Shown piece after piece: positions 52,758 through 64,000 of a DNA stretch of 64,000 nucleotides; positions within the stretch are counted from its first letter, which is position 1; every line of letters begins with the position of its first letter. Made by a program: the position numbers and the translations under genes. Under the pieces are notes generated by a model. The model was not told the origin of the DNA. It saw only the letters and a program-made list of their open reading frames with translations, and ran no database searches. Source of the stretch: Raillietiella orientalis (taxonomy: Eukaryota); assembly GCA_036172245.1 (NCBI GenBank), contig JAYWIR010000007.1, positions 1,798,001 to 1,862,000 of the forward strand, given 5' to 3'.

Positions 52758-54500
52758 TTTCACACCCGGGTGGGCCGGGGAATTTATTTGAACAATAAGC
52801 ATACAAAGTGTAGGGCCATTGGCGCTACAAAGTTCCAAAGTGTTTGGAACCTGCTGAGTAACCGGCAAGGTTTGCCACTGCCACAGAGGAGGAAGGGGCA
52901 AACAAAAATAAAAATAAAGCAAAAAAAGCACTATATACAAAAAAATGGGAGGGTTAAAGAAGGGATCACATTCCGTTCGAGGCCGTCCTCTGGATCCTTT
53001 CCAAGATGTTGGCAAGTTCCTTCTGAATGTATCCCAGATGCAGCCATCTTGCTGTCGTCCTCAGAAAGCTCAGGGCGAAGCAGATGGCACCTCCATCGTT
53101 GCGTCCTCTTGTTAAGTAGCTCCAGGCCACCACAATTCCACGTTGGCAGCACAGAGCTGATAGGGAAACGGCGTCGTGCGCTTTAACACGTCTCTGGGGA
53201 AGTTCGTTGGTGCATCTAGGGCTGTTGCGAAACGCAACCACAGGAATTGGAGGAAAACACAGTCAATAAGCATGTGCAAAAGGAATTCCCGTTCCCCGCA
53301 CCAGCATCAGTTTGGGTCCACAGCCCCCCATGTACAGTGAGATCGGCGGGCGTTTCTGGGGAGGCCCCAGGTAAACACCAAAAATGCCGAGTCCTGCCAC
53401 TTAAGGGGGAGGGGCTGATTGTTCTTCTGCGCTGAGGGCTACTCGAAATCTTACTATGGGTTTCCCAGCAGCTCACCCCAGCGCAATAGTCCCTTCGGTG
53501 GGGCACTTGGGGTCGTAACATCGGTTAGCTGCCCCATGGTCCAACCACCTAATTCCTTCTCTTTGCCGAAGATTTCACAACGGACCTCCCATTTGGACGT
53601 CTGACTACTGCTCAGGTTCTCCCTGAGGTAGAGCAGAGTCGCGGCTAGGGAGGTTCTTTCAGATCACGCACGCGTGGTGGGCTGCACGATGACATCCTGT
53701 AGAGAACGGTTGTTGTAACAGGAGTGCAGCAGTCGCTGCCGCATCTCCGGGATCGCTTCGTTCTTCTGAGTCCATGTGCGGTTTCCTGTAGCCAGACACT
53801 ACTGTTCGCGGGATCGCAGAAGACCCATCCCATGTTCCTCCTCCTCAGCGCGGTCCCCCGCCGAAGCTGCAATCCGCAGTGGCAGATGTTGCGGCCACGG
53901 AGCGCAAGGAAGGAGGCGAGTTACGCCTTCCCGGTGACCTGTTCGACGAGGAGGCGAGCAGGGTCGCACCAGGTGGTGCCCCAAAACTTCGCTACTTCCT
54001 GCCCTTTACTGGGGCTGAAGCTCCAGCCGCTCAAGCATCAGGGGGCCGAGACCGGCGTCCCAGCGCGGAGCGTCCCAGTCCTTCATACGGACTCGGGACC
54101 TCCCTTTGCTCCAAAGGGCGATTCTTAGGTCGTTCTTCGTCTGCTTCTTGATCCCCTCAGGCAGGAAGCAAACAAAAAGCAGGGGACGGAGGAGGGGGAC
54201 CACGAACGTGTTCCACATCACAACCCGTTCCGGTAGGCAAAACCTGCCTCCTTGGAACGGACCGATCGCCGACTCTGCCTTCTGGAGGCAGTTGGACCAC
54301 GCCTCCGCCGGAAGATAGTCCCCCAACGGCACTTCGATGTAATTGAAGTACCGAACCGTGGGTGTCTGCAAGCGGATCCAGTCCAGATGCTCTGCCGACG
54401 CCGCATCGACTGGCATCACGGACGACTTCACTCTGTTCACCTCGAGTCCTGTTCCACATCTTATCGGCTCGAAGAAACTTCACGTGCCGACGCGAGACGG
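52758..54500 (-). mobile_element. 5'-truncated decayed L1/Tx1-like LINE copy (RT C-terminal region to 3' end)
   Basis: VNRVKSSVMP..DWIRL..YFNYIEVPLG..AWSNCLQKA..ERVVMWNTFVVPLL..DAGLG; T-rich 3' UTR and the conserved terminal hairpin at 52761-52788. Confidence 0.85.
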
Positions 54501-54529
54501 ACGTGTGCTTCTCTCACTTCCCACCTTGT

Positions 54530-55150
54530 GGTTCTTTTCGTTTAGTGAGTGTGTTGTGCGGAGATTCGGTGGTGGATAGGGCAGCAATGCCTGATACCAC
54601 ACCACCACTTGATATCATACCAAAGAAGGCCAGGGGGAGATGTCTGCATCTCACCCAGAGGCAGTGGAATTGGGGGAACTGGCCCCTCCAGAATCGTCCC
54701 TCGCGCCGGCGAGGGCTTGGAACTCAGTGGCCGCAGCGCCTACGCCTGCAGCCATGGCTGAGATAAAAGCCTACATGGAGGGTGGTACAACCCATCACTC
54801 TCCTATAAGGTAGGGAACTTATATTCTCCTGAAAGGCACGTCCCATCAAGGAGGTCGTCCGCAGTGAATTGCACAAATTCTCCACGGTGCACGCTCTGTA
54901 AGCGAAGCCCACTCTCTTCATGGAGTTCGACGGGCCTCTCTACGGTCTGTAGGCAGCGTGCGTCACCGTCCGCGAGCGCTGTATTTGCCCCACAAATTAC
55001 AGGAACCGATGGACCTGTGGTACATGGGAAAACCCAGGTACTGCGGCTTCTGTAGCTCCTCTGTCCACCTCAAAAAGAGGTGCTCGAATGTACAGTGCCA
55101 ACAGTGAAAAGCCACGGGGCACACCAGTCAGGTGTGCCCACCAAATACCG
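54530..55150 (+). mobile_element. LINE ORF1 (gag-like) fragment with two CCHC zinc knuckles
   Basis: CGFCSSSVHLKKRC..QCQQ*KATGHTSQVC at about 55040-55140 resembles the ORF1 knuckles at about 57870-57950. Confidence 0.7.
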
Positions 55151-55569
55151 TCCGCGCTGCATCTGTCAGAAATGGCAAAAAGCGCGCGGCCCCAAAATTT
55201 AAAAAATTAGCAGCGAAATCCGCCGCGAAAGATAACGGCCACAAAAGACGCGACCTCCGCGCCAACGGTCAAGGCCATCACCAAGGCTTCGGCGGAAAAT
55301 TCCGGGAACGTAAAAGAAAGTAGCCAGGAGCCTCGTTGGCTGGTGGTCAGTCCAAAAAGAAAAGAAAGCAGAAGCAAAAAGGCGTCGTGAAACGCAACAT
55401 GAACACTCCGCGTAGCGAAAAAACAAAAAGCTGCAGCGTGGTTGTTGCTTACCTGTTTGTGCCAGAACCTTCATTCGAAAACGAACAAACCATCTGGGAA
55501 CAAAGTTACCAGGCAAAAGGAAGAGAAGTTTAAGTGGAGGGCTCCCCGACAAGCAGGTCGGACACACTG

Positions 55570-57050
55570 AGTCCGGAACGGGAGGGGGGAACAATAAATA
55601 AATACGAAAAGATGCGGAGGGGCAGGGACAGGAGTCTTTGGCTTCGGTCGTTCCATCCTTTCAGAACCGGTGCTGAATTCCGGAGACCTCCTTCCTGACT
55701 TCACTGATGTGAAGCCACCTGGCAGCCATCCTCATGTTGGACGCTGCAATCCTGGTGATCTCTTTTGGAATCGCTCGCGACTCCAACAGGTGGCGGGCCA
55801 TGACGATGGCGTGGATGCAACTGATCGTTGCGATGGCCGCACCTAGCGAGAGGCTTCCGCACGTGAGGAAGCGGCGCATGGCGTCCATTGCAGTGTCCCC
55901 CTGGAGCAAGAGCGCTGAAGGCAGCCTCCGCCACAGTCCTTGGAGGGCACTGCAGTCGAAGAGCAGATGCAGGAGTGATTCCGCTGCTCCGCACCTTCCA
56001 CAGTTCGGGGAGGCGACTTCCCTGGAAACCAGGTGCACGCGCTGATTGCAATGGAACCCCCAATGCAACAGAAGAAGCGCGGTCTGTTTCCATCGGAGGG
56101 GGAACACAGATGCGTTCACGCATGAAGGAGGGACCACAAGTTCTTCAGGGGGCACACTCAAGAGTTCGCACCACCGAAGGAATCCCTTCGCACAACCACG
56201 AGGAGTGGCAGCGTCTGCTAGCTCGCTCGTCTTCCAGCCACTAAACGGTCTTATTTCTCCAGCAAGCCTGTAGGAGACGTTCCCCCTCGTGGGTAGGCAA
56301 CTGTCGTTCCCCTGTGCTTGTCCTGAGGGCAGACAGCTCTGTGGCAAGGGACGTGGAGGCCAGGCGAGTCCACTGGTCCCGGTCCTGCAACACATCCTTC
56401 ACCGGAGGCAAGGGGAAAGGTTCGCTCAACGAAGTCCCCCAAGAGGAACTTCCTGATGCGTTGCCCAGAACAACAACACCTCCTGCCACCAAGTGTTAAA
56501 GGTGGTTAGGCGGCAGGAGATCGACGAATGTGATTCCAGGAGCGAGGCGAGCTGCTTCAGCGGGAAGCCGAAACCTCTGGTGGCGCGCTGGGAGTGCGGC
56601 AGCAACGAAAGTAGTCCATCGCCTGGGTACAGCGCCTCAGCAGCAGGGGCGTGGGAGCACGGCACGGAGTCGTTTATAGCTTGGCACAAAGTGCCAGCAT
56701 GCGGAACTGCACTAGCAGCCCAATTCTGTCCAGCGTAAGGATGCTCATGTCGGCATTCCGACGCGAAGCCGCCAAGTCCTTGAGGAGTATCCCGGACCTC
56801 GCAGGTCGCCACAGAGCGTCTCAACAGGCGTTGCACCCGGAGCTTGACCGAGTAGGGACGCGGACAAACAAAAAAGATGGGATGGAGGAGAGGAGCGACG
56901 GAGGTGCTCCACATGTAGACCCGCAAGACGAAACTGCCACGTTGGAACTGGCAGAGAGCGCCGATCCGGCCTTGCGAGGAGTCGGACGTGTTCTTCGTTC
57001 GCTCCGCGAAAGGGAAAGGGCTCGGGTTTTCGAGTCGGTGACCCGGACGA
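55570..57050 (-). mobile_element. Decayed L1/Tx1-like LINE 3' portion with C-terminal CCHC (zf-RVT-like) motif
   Basis: MWST.VAPLLHPIFFVC..QGLGG; FLRWCELLSVP..LLHWG..SPNCGRCGAAESLLHLLFDC; T-rich 3' UTR at about 55570-55640. Confidence 0.85.
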
Positions 57051-57109
57051 GCTGCGCTCGAAAGGGTTGTTAACTCGCAAGTGCGCCCCACCTTTAAGGT
57101 GCATATTTT

Positions 57110-60100
57110 TCTCAATTTTTTTGTTTCCGGCGTGGTTGTGTGGCTAATGTGGTTTGTCGACATGGGAAAGAAACCAGTCAGCAAAGACCCGCCTGCCACT
57201 GCACTGAAGGAGAAGCAGACCGCTTCGTAAGAGGGAAGTCAGGGAGGCTCCGATACGAGGAACGGGGAAGTCTCCCCTCCCACCCCACGCTTGTGGAGCG
57301 ATGTCGCCGCGGCAGCAGTGGCTAACAGGAGACCTTCGGCGGATGCGGAAATGCAGGCATATATAGCCTGCATTTCCATATAACTGCATTTCCAGCCTGC
57401 ATCAATTCGATACAAGATAAATCATCTACCTATTAAGGGGGAGATCCGCGAACTCGACAACGAGCTCACAAGGGTCGAGGTACGCGAGGGAGACTTGGAG
57501 TCCCTTATACTGTTTGAGGGATTCGAAGGCTTGGAATTGGTCTGCAAAAGTACAGAGCTCATCCAGCGTCTTCTTCGAACACCATTGAGCATCGGGGGAC
57601 GAAGGGTTTTCCCTTCACGAAGGATCGGTCTTTCGTCCTCCACTTGAAAGGCATCCGGTCGGACGTGTCCGACAGCGATGTGATTGGGGCTCTGGCAGAT
57701 CACGCCACAGTGCACACCCTTGACGGAAAGGAAATCTTTTGAAGAGTTTCAAATCTGCGTACAGCAGGCTTGCTGCGGAGCGCGTTTCCGCCGAAAGGGA
57801 AAAACTTCTTCATAAAGTGGAGATCGGCGGAAGAAACTAAAACTCTGGTTTGTGGGGAAATCCAAAGTTGCAGCGAGTGCGGCGCAGCGGGGTATCTCAA
57901 GAGGAGGTGCCCGAAGATTGAGTGCTGCGGCTGCAAGCAGCTTCAGCACTTGAGGCTGGTAAGCGTGCAAACGCAGCAGAAGCTTCTTGTCCAAATCAAA
58001 AACAGCCCTCGACTCGCGATGCGACATCCGCAGAAAAAGAGGACGCTCCGGAGGAAAGGGTCATTCCTGGAAAGAACCCTGGGGAGAATCCCGGAGGAGA
58101 AAGACGGCTCCTGGACAACGGTATCCAGGAAAATGAAGAGCAGGAGTCGACGCGGGCGCCTTCAAGTGCGCATGGAGGAACGTACTCCATACTCCAAAAC
58201 CGCGCAAAACACGTCCGGCCCATGCAGAGAACAGGTGGCGCGTCGCTCTGCACGGTTTTTGAGGGAAAACGAGGTCATCCTCGAATGGTGCGAAGATGGC
58301 GCCCCTGTGATTGCGCCCTCAAATATTGCACAAGTAAGCGCAACTGAGGACGCGACTGCAAGGAGGCGTTGCCTACGGCAACAGAGAGGAAACTGCGAGT
58401 CGCAAGCTTCTGACTCCGAGAAGGAGTTTGATTCCGTTGCGGCTGCAGGCGATGCTCCATCTGTCGCGCGAGGGCGTAAGCCAAAGGAGCGCAGGGGTAA
58501 GGCGACGGACATGGAGCAGGAAGAGGACAAGGAAATGGCCTCACCAGACACTTCCAAGGATGGCTGCAGCAGAGAGAGCCATTCCAGCTGGAACATGGAC
58601 GGTCTGCCGGCACTTGCTGCATCCATGCCCCTCCCACCAGAAAATGAGGCGGCTCCCTGCCTTGACGCGCAGCCTCGCTTTCGCTCGTGGCCTGCTCATC
58701 ACCTGTTGGAATGTCAACGGGCTGCACGACGGTGAGAAGAGGCGCACGGTGGCGGAAACCTTGCGCTCTTTCGATCTTCCTCTGCTTTAGGAGATGCACC
58801 AGATCTCCCAGCAGAAAGTCGAGGATATCGAGAGACGTGCGAGGGGCAAGCTACGTTGTCAGAATGGCTCAGCACACTCGTGTGGGGTGGCCTTCTTTTT
58901 GAAAGCGTCCGTAAAGTGTGCCGTGCTCTAGAAGCGTTTAGACGAGGAAGATCGAGTATGGCACCTTCTTCTGGGGTGGTCCAACTAGATTTAACTCGTC
59001 GTCACAAAGCAGTTTAAGCGCCTAGCGGTAGGCAGAGGCACTATGCAGAGAACTATGCTGTTCCGGGAAGTATGGAGTCAAACCTGTACCTCGCGCGAAT
59101 CTGGATACGGTTGCAATAGCGGGTTGCAGCGGAGGCCCGTAGGGATAAGATCGCCTGGATGGACTTGGTGAACAGTACTCGCAGACAGGCAGAGGCTCCA
59201 GTTGCTCTCGCGATCGTGGTCGACTTGAACAAAGACTCAAGAACGATTTTCACCCGGTTTTCGCCGGGGCATTTATTGAAACAAACTCTAACACGCGCTG
59301 TGGCTGGACCAGTGATGGATGACCACGCCCGATGAAACAATACAGAGCCTGCTGGGTAACCGGTTCACAGACCGGTACGGTCCACCACAGCAGCAGGGGG
59401 AAGGGGGAACAAACAAAAAACTAAACAAAAAGAAAAGAAAACGTGGGAGGGTGCGGGAAGGAATCACTGTTACTGCTGGGGCCGTTGCATCCTTCGCAGG
59501 ATGCCGGCAAGCTCCCTCTGTATTCCTGGATCCAGGTGGGGCCATCGCGTCGCCCTCTCCAAAAATTCGGCGGCGCACTGGATGGCACCCTTATCGCAAG
59601 GTCCTCCCGTTGCCTTGATCCAAGCGGCGACGATCCCGCGAAGGCAGCACAGGGCTGCTAACGAAGTCGCAGGCCGAAGGGCGTCGGAAACGAAGAGGGC
59701 AACAAAGCATTCGACTGCGTGAGTCAGGAGATCCTTCTAGAGCTCTTGGAACTCCTTGGACTTCCACTTTGCTTGTTGCAGTACTGGAGCTCACCATGGC
59801 GCGACGCTTTAATAAACATTGATTATAGACGTCACCACGTTTACGGCTGGTGCCCCGGAAAATCAGGCAAATTGACAGCCTGAGTCCCATCTTGTTCAAT
59901 GCCTACTTCTAGTTGGTGCTGAGCGAGTATAGGACAACAGTGGCCGACCTGGCGACGTCTTGCCCGTGCACGCCGGCCGTGGCGACCTACGCTGAGACCC
60001 GCTTCTCCTGTTGCCCAAATCCACCCCGGTGACGAAGCTCGAGGAATTCTTCGAGCAGATACGTCGGGAAGCGATCTTGCGCGTCAATAGAGCAAAGTCC

Positions 60101-61781
60101 ACAGTCGTGCCGGTGGGAACGTCGCTGGAGGGGCAGTCGGATTGGATCCGCCTGAGGATCCCCATAAGCAGGTCCTTTAAGTACCTTGGTGTATCAGTGG
60201 GCGGCTTCTGCGCTGCACAAGCGTGGTCCAGCTGCCTTCAAAAAGCAGGAAAGATTCTCGGCCCGTTCTGGAAGGCAGGTTCTACTTTCCGAAGCGGGCC
60301 TCGATCTGGAGCTCTTTCGTGGCTCCCCTACTCCGATCGCTTCTTTTTGTTTGTTCCCCTCTCATCGAGACGAGACAACAGGACGACGGACTTTTGAGTA
60401 AGACCTTCTGGGGCTTGTTGCGACCCCGCGTTCGCCTCAAGGACATTACTTCTCCCCGGATGGATGCCAAACTCGGCATCCTCACCCTGGAAAGACTGGA
60501 GCTCCAGCTCCATTTTCGAAGACTCGCCCTGATGGAGAAGACATGGGACCAGCAATGATGTCTGCCCGCTCGCCACATTTTGCGGTGGCATCCGGTTAAG
60601 AGGAACCAGTATCCCTGGTTTTTAGCAGCCGGAAATGGACGAAGCTCTTAAGGTTTCCTCTGAGACAGCTTGTCTCCCTGCTATAACTTAACAAGTGGAC
60701 CTCCTACCGCCCTGTGAACTTGAATGCTTGGCGGCAGGAATCTGTGGGCATGTGGGCTCGGCTCACTAGCACCAGGCCTGAAGATCTCGTTCCGGTTTAG
60801 CGATTCGGCGGGATGCATTTGCTGAGAATCGTCGACGAACCTACCAAGTGGTCTCGCGCATCCGCCACATCTTTGGCCGCAGCGCTGTCTTTCCTATGGG
60901 AAAGCAATGACAGTTGCTTACCGTCTAGGTGGGAGTTCTCTTGCAACATCGATGGAGTGGGAAAACTCCTAGGCGCATTCTTCACGAAAGTGCTAGCCGA
61001 CGCGGCCATGCCCTGTTTGCAGACGAAGGGATTCCACTGATGAGCCTACACTTTGAGTGTGCTCCCGGAAGAACTCTGTGTCCCTCTCCTGTGTTTAGAT
61101 TCTTCTGTCCTCCCTCTCCGATGGTAACACGACATGGTGCTGTTCATGCATTAGGATCTTCCCTGAAACGAGCGCATGCAACACGTGATGAGTGAGAGTA
61201 TGTCTGCCGAGTGTGTCAGGTGCAGGGAGATCGAATCGCTCTCCCACCTGCTAATGAACTGCGGCGTCATCCGTCCTTGGCGAAAGAGGCTGGTTTCGGC
61301 CCTTCTCCACCCGGAAGATGTGTCTGATTATTTGCTTCGTCGCTTCTTCATCCAAAACGGCTCTCAGCTGCCACCGTGATGGCGACTTTGTAGTGCATCT
61401 GAGGCATCCTCACCGCCCAATACTCACTGGAGTTGCATCAGCAAGAGCGAGAGGCTGTCTGCATCGCTATGGTCTTTCTGACGAATGCAAGCAGGTGGCC
61501 TCGTCTGAAACAGGAAGTCAACAGGGAGATCAGCAACGAACAATTTAGAAGATAGGCAGCAATCCCGGTGTCCCCTTCCCCTCCCACCAGAGATTCATTT
61601 ATTTTATCATTTCCTCAATGATGCAGACAATATCTTCTCTGTCCTGCGAGTAGGTGAGTCCTCCCACGATGAACTTCTTTTCGTTTATTTTTGTTCGATT
61701 CACAGAAGACAACGTTCCTTGTTTTTATGTAGTTTTTTTACTTTTTTATTGAAATAAATGCCCTGACGCAACCGGTGAAAA
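57110..61781 (+). mobile_element. Near-full-length decayed L1/Tx1-like LINE (ORF1 zinc knuckles, APE endonuclease, partly deleted RT, CCHC, 3' UTR), interrupted by a nested antisense copy
   Basis: ORF1: CSECGAAGYLKRRC..CCGCKQLQH. EN: LITCWNVNGL..KRR..LL*EMH..GVAFFL. RT: KIRQIDSLSPILFNAY, LRVNRAKS, FKYLGV, AKLGI. C-terminus: CVRCREIESLSHLLMNC. The terminal motif is at 61753-61781. Confidence 0.88.
59247..59740 (-). mobile_element. Short 5'-truncated copy of the same LINE family nested antisense in the 57.1-61.8 kb element
   Basis: Terminal AATAAATGCCCCGGCGAAAACCGGGTGAAAA on -, and a 3' UTR similar to 52760-52970 (cctgctg(a/g)gtaaccgg; gg(g/a)atcac). The 5' boundary is approximate. Confidence 0.75.
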
Positions 61782-62105
61782 GCCTTTTGAAGGCAGGCCG
61801 ACCACGCTTCTGACGAGCAGAAGTCTCCCAACAAAGCGCCAAGGTACTTGAAGTACCTTGGCGCTTGGGGATCCCCAGGTGTATCCAGTCGTCCTGCCCT
61901 CTCACGACGCACCCACCGGTACTATCCTGAACCGCGTCCTGTTGACTCTCACGCCCGCAACCCGGTGGATCAGCTCAAAGAAGTCCTCGAACCTTGCTTC
62001 CTGCAACCCCGCGAACGGTAGCGCCTGCCTACAGGAAACCGCCCGCACGTGGGGGAGGAGCCAGGAACAAGGCACGGAATAGGTGCGCCGGTTCCTGTTC
62101 GTGCA
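61782..62105 (-). mobile_element. LINE RT fragment
   Basis: RFEDFFELIHRVAGVRVNRTR..VPVG; YFKYLGALLGDFCSSEAWSACLQKA. Confidence 0.8.
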
Positions 62106-62109
62106 CAAC

Positions 62110-62992
62110 AACCGTTCCACGCTCCGATGTATCCTGAAGTATCCCGGAAAAAATGCATGGGCAGGAAGAACTCCCCTCGCCGCAGCGCTGCCCTCCTTCA
62201 GGGAACAACTGAGCAGCTTCATGGCTGCGAAATATGAAGTTGAGGTGAACATCTCAGGAAGTGAAAAAGGACTGGACGAGTGGAAGACGGGCCAGCTCAC
62301 CGACGCTGTGACCGCGAGTACACCACCTTACGGACTCCTGCGCTGGTGCGAGCCGCTGGATGTTCCGGTGGAACACCATCTTCCGGTGGCCCCGGTACTT
62401 ATGGACAACCGCACCCTCCCCATGAAGTGACAGAAGTCGGCGCTGCTGCATTGGGGTCTCCCATAGAACTCCCGCCGTCACCACTGGATGCGTGTGTGTG
62501 TAGACCCCAACTGTGTGAGGTGCGGGGAACAGGAATCCCTCCTCCTACCTGCTAGTGAATTGTGTTGTTGCCCTTCGGCCCCTTTGTGGACGCTTTGCTG
62601 CAACCTTAGGATCCCCCGGTGGCAACTCCAGGGACGTTTGAAAACCCCTCTTCTTTCGCGACACCCTTCGGCCAGCAGCCTCCCTTGCAGCCTTGTGTTC
62701 CCTACACGGTATCGTCGCAGACTGGAGCAAAGCGACGGGAGAACCCAGCGATAGGGATCCCTATCGCTAGGTTGCCATCCATTTCACCATCCAATTCATT
62801 AGAATAACGACGCGATGGTCCCACCTGGAAATGAACATTCAGTTAGACCTTGCCGGCATCCTGGAGAGGATGGACCGGACTGCCACCAGCAGACAGTGAT
62901 CCCTTCCCGAAGCCCTCCATAGTGCATTTATTTTTATTTTTTGTTTTCTTTTTTTTTTCTTTTTGTTTTCCCCCTCCCCTCCGCTGTCGTTG
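62110..62992 (+). mobile_element. LINE 3' fragment with CCHC motif; its terminal motif appears displaced to 63488-63517 by a nested copy
   Basis: GLLRWCEPLDVPVE..LLHWGLP..DPNCVRCGEQESLL; GTGATCCCTTCC followed by a T-rich 3' UTR. Confidence 0.8.
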
Positions 62993-63470
62993 TTTTTTAC
63001 CCAGATTTCCGAGGCATTTAATATTAAAATTTTATCAATGAATTTATAATAAAGTCTTTAAGCTTTTGTTCGTGGTTCCGCCTGTCTTGCAACACTTGTC
63101 TTTACCGGCCCGCAGGCAGGTAAGGTGTTCACCTCTGGTGAAGGGGATGGGAAAACCACAAAAAAAAATAAAATAAAATGAAGAAAGAAAAGGGGAGGGC
63201 AATGTTTTTCGGGAAGGGTGAGGAAGGGAAGGGATCACTGCTCGCCGCGGGTGGTCCTCTGCATCCAGTTTTGGATGCGGACAAGTGCTGGTTTTAGAAT
63301 TCTAAGCCGGCGCCATCGGGTAGCCTTCTCCATGGAGATGACTGCCCAGTGAATGGCATTCCGGCTGTTGTGGCCGTAGTGGACCGCGCCAGTCTGCCTA
63401 CCGGCGACCCGGCAGGTGTCTTTGAAATTGGGCGTGGTTGGACCACTAGTCCAACCACAATTTTCTCTGT
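62993..63470 (-). mobile_element. Short antisense LINE 3' fragment nested in the 3' UTR of the preceding copy
   Basis: Terminal ATTAAATGCCTCGGAAATCTGGGTAAAAA on -, a T-rich UTR, GTGATCCCTTCC at about 63230, and MEKATRWRRL..LVRIQ resembling the ORF2 C-termini of sister copies. Confidence 0.7.
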
Positions 63471-63555
63471 AATGAGTTTGTTTTAAAAATAAATGCCCCA
63501 GCGCACTCGAGAGGAAATAGAGCCTTGCTTCCGGGGTGGACATAGGCAGCAGAAG

Positions 63556-64000
63556 TTTCTCACCCGGATAGGCCGGGGCATTTATTATTGAAATTTTTAT
63601 ACAAAAATTTTATAAGTCTTGAATAAGTTTTGTATCGTGGTAGAACACTTGGCTCTACCACGCTCGGTAGACTTGTCATGAACCGGTATTAAGACCGGTG
63701 AGGTCCTCTCCAGGGGCGAAGGGGAAGAGAGAAACAAAACAAAAAAACCAAAAGAATTGAAAAGGGGAGGGGAATGTAGGAGGAGAAGTAGATCATCTGC
63801 GTAAGCTGCCACGGACGGCGTACACAGAGAGAGGTTGGGCAGGTTGATCAGTGTCTGCCTGTACGCTCTCAACACTAACTCGAATTAGATGCTGGAGTGC
63901 AGAGGGCTTAAGCTGTTTGCCCTTCCTGATGCCTCTGCGTAGAGCCACACCGTACACGTGGCAGTCGCTGAAACAAAAGTCGACTAACGCGTGGCGCCAG
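63556..64000 (-). mobile_element. LINE piece: 3' end joined to RT core (YADD), internally deleted; continues beyond the window
   Basis: Terminal AATAAATGCCCCGGCCTATCCGGGTG. RGIRKG..(S)PL and VAAYADDLLLL (YADD at about 63792-63803). Confidence 0.8.

Noticed and set aside
1..64000. CRISPR arrays, rRNA/tRNA genes, prokaryotic operons
   Set aside because: No regularly spaced repeats or recognisable structural RNA genes were seen, and spliceosomal introns show the DNA is eukaryotic.

Overview
Eukaryotic, arthropod-like genomic DNA in three compositional blocks. (1) About 1-27 kb is GC/CpG-rich with many homopolymer runs. I could recognise no host gene there, only faint transposon relics (hAT dimerisation-like and Gypsy integrase-like motifs), a sharp AT-rich island and one orphan exon-like segment. 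(2) About 27.4-52.7 kb is AT-rich and CpG-poor and holds two convergent intron-containing genes. Nck/dreadlocks (SH3-SH3-SH3-SH2) is on + at 32353-34156. LRCH (LRR + calponin-homology + C-terminal TM) is on - at 50428-36084. An internally deleted piggyBac element with TIRs and TTAA TSDs lies just upstream of LRCH. (3) About 52.7-64 kb is a nested cluster of decayed L1/Tx1-like LINE copies in both orientations. The most notable observations are a near-perfect 138-bp inverted repeat bracketing candidate alternative Nck 5' exons, and a LINE 3' end conserved in structure (hairpin - AATAAA - CCCGG/loop/CCGGGTG hairpin - short A run; terminal motif recognisable in six copies). Also notable are a stop-free in-frame 45-nt intron inside the Nck SH2 domain and candidate alternative LRCH terminal exons. 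All calls come from manual reading and translation; no database searches were run.
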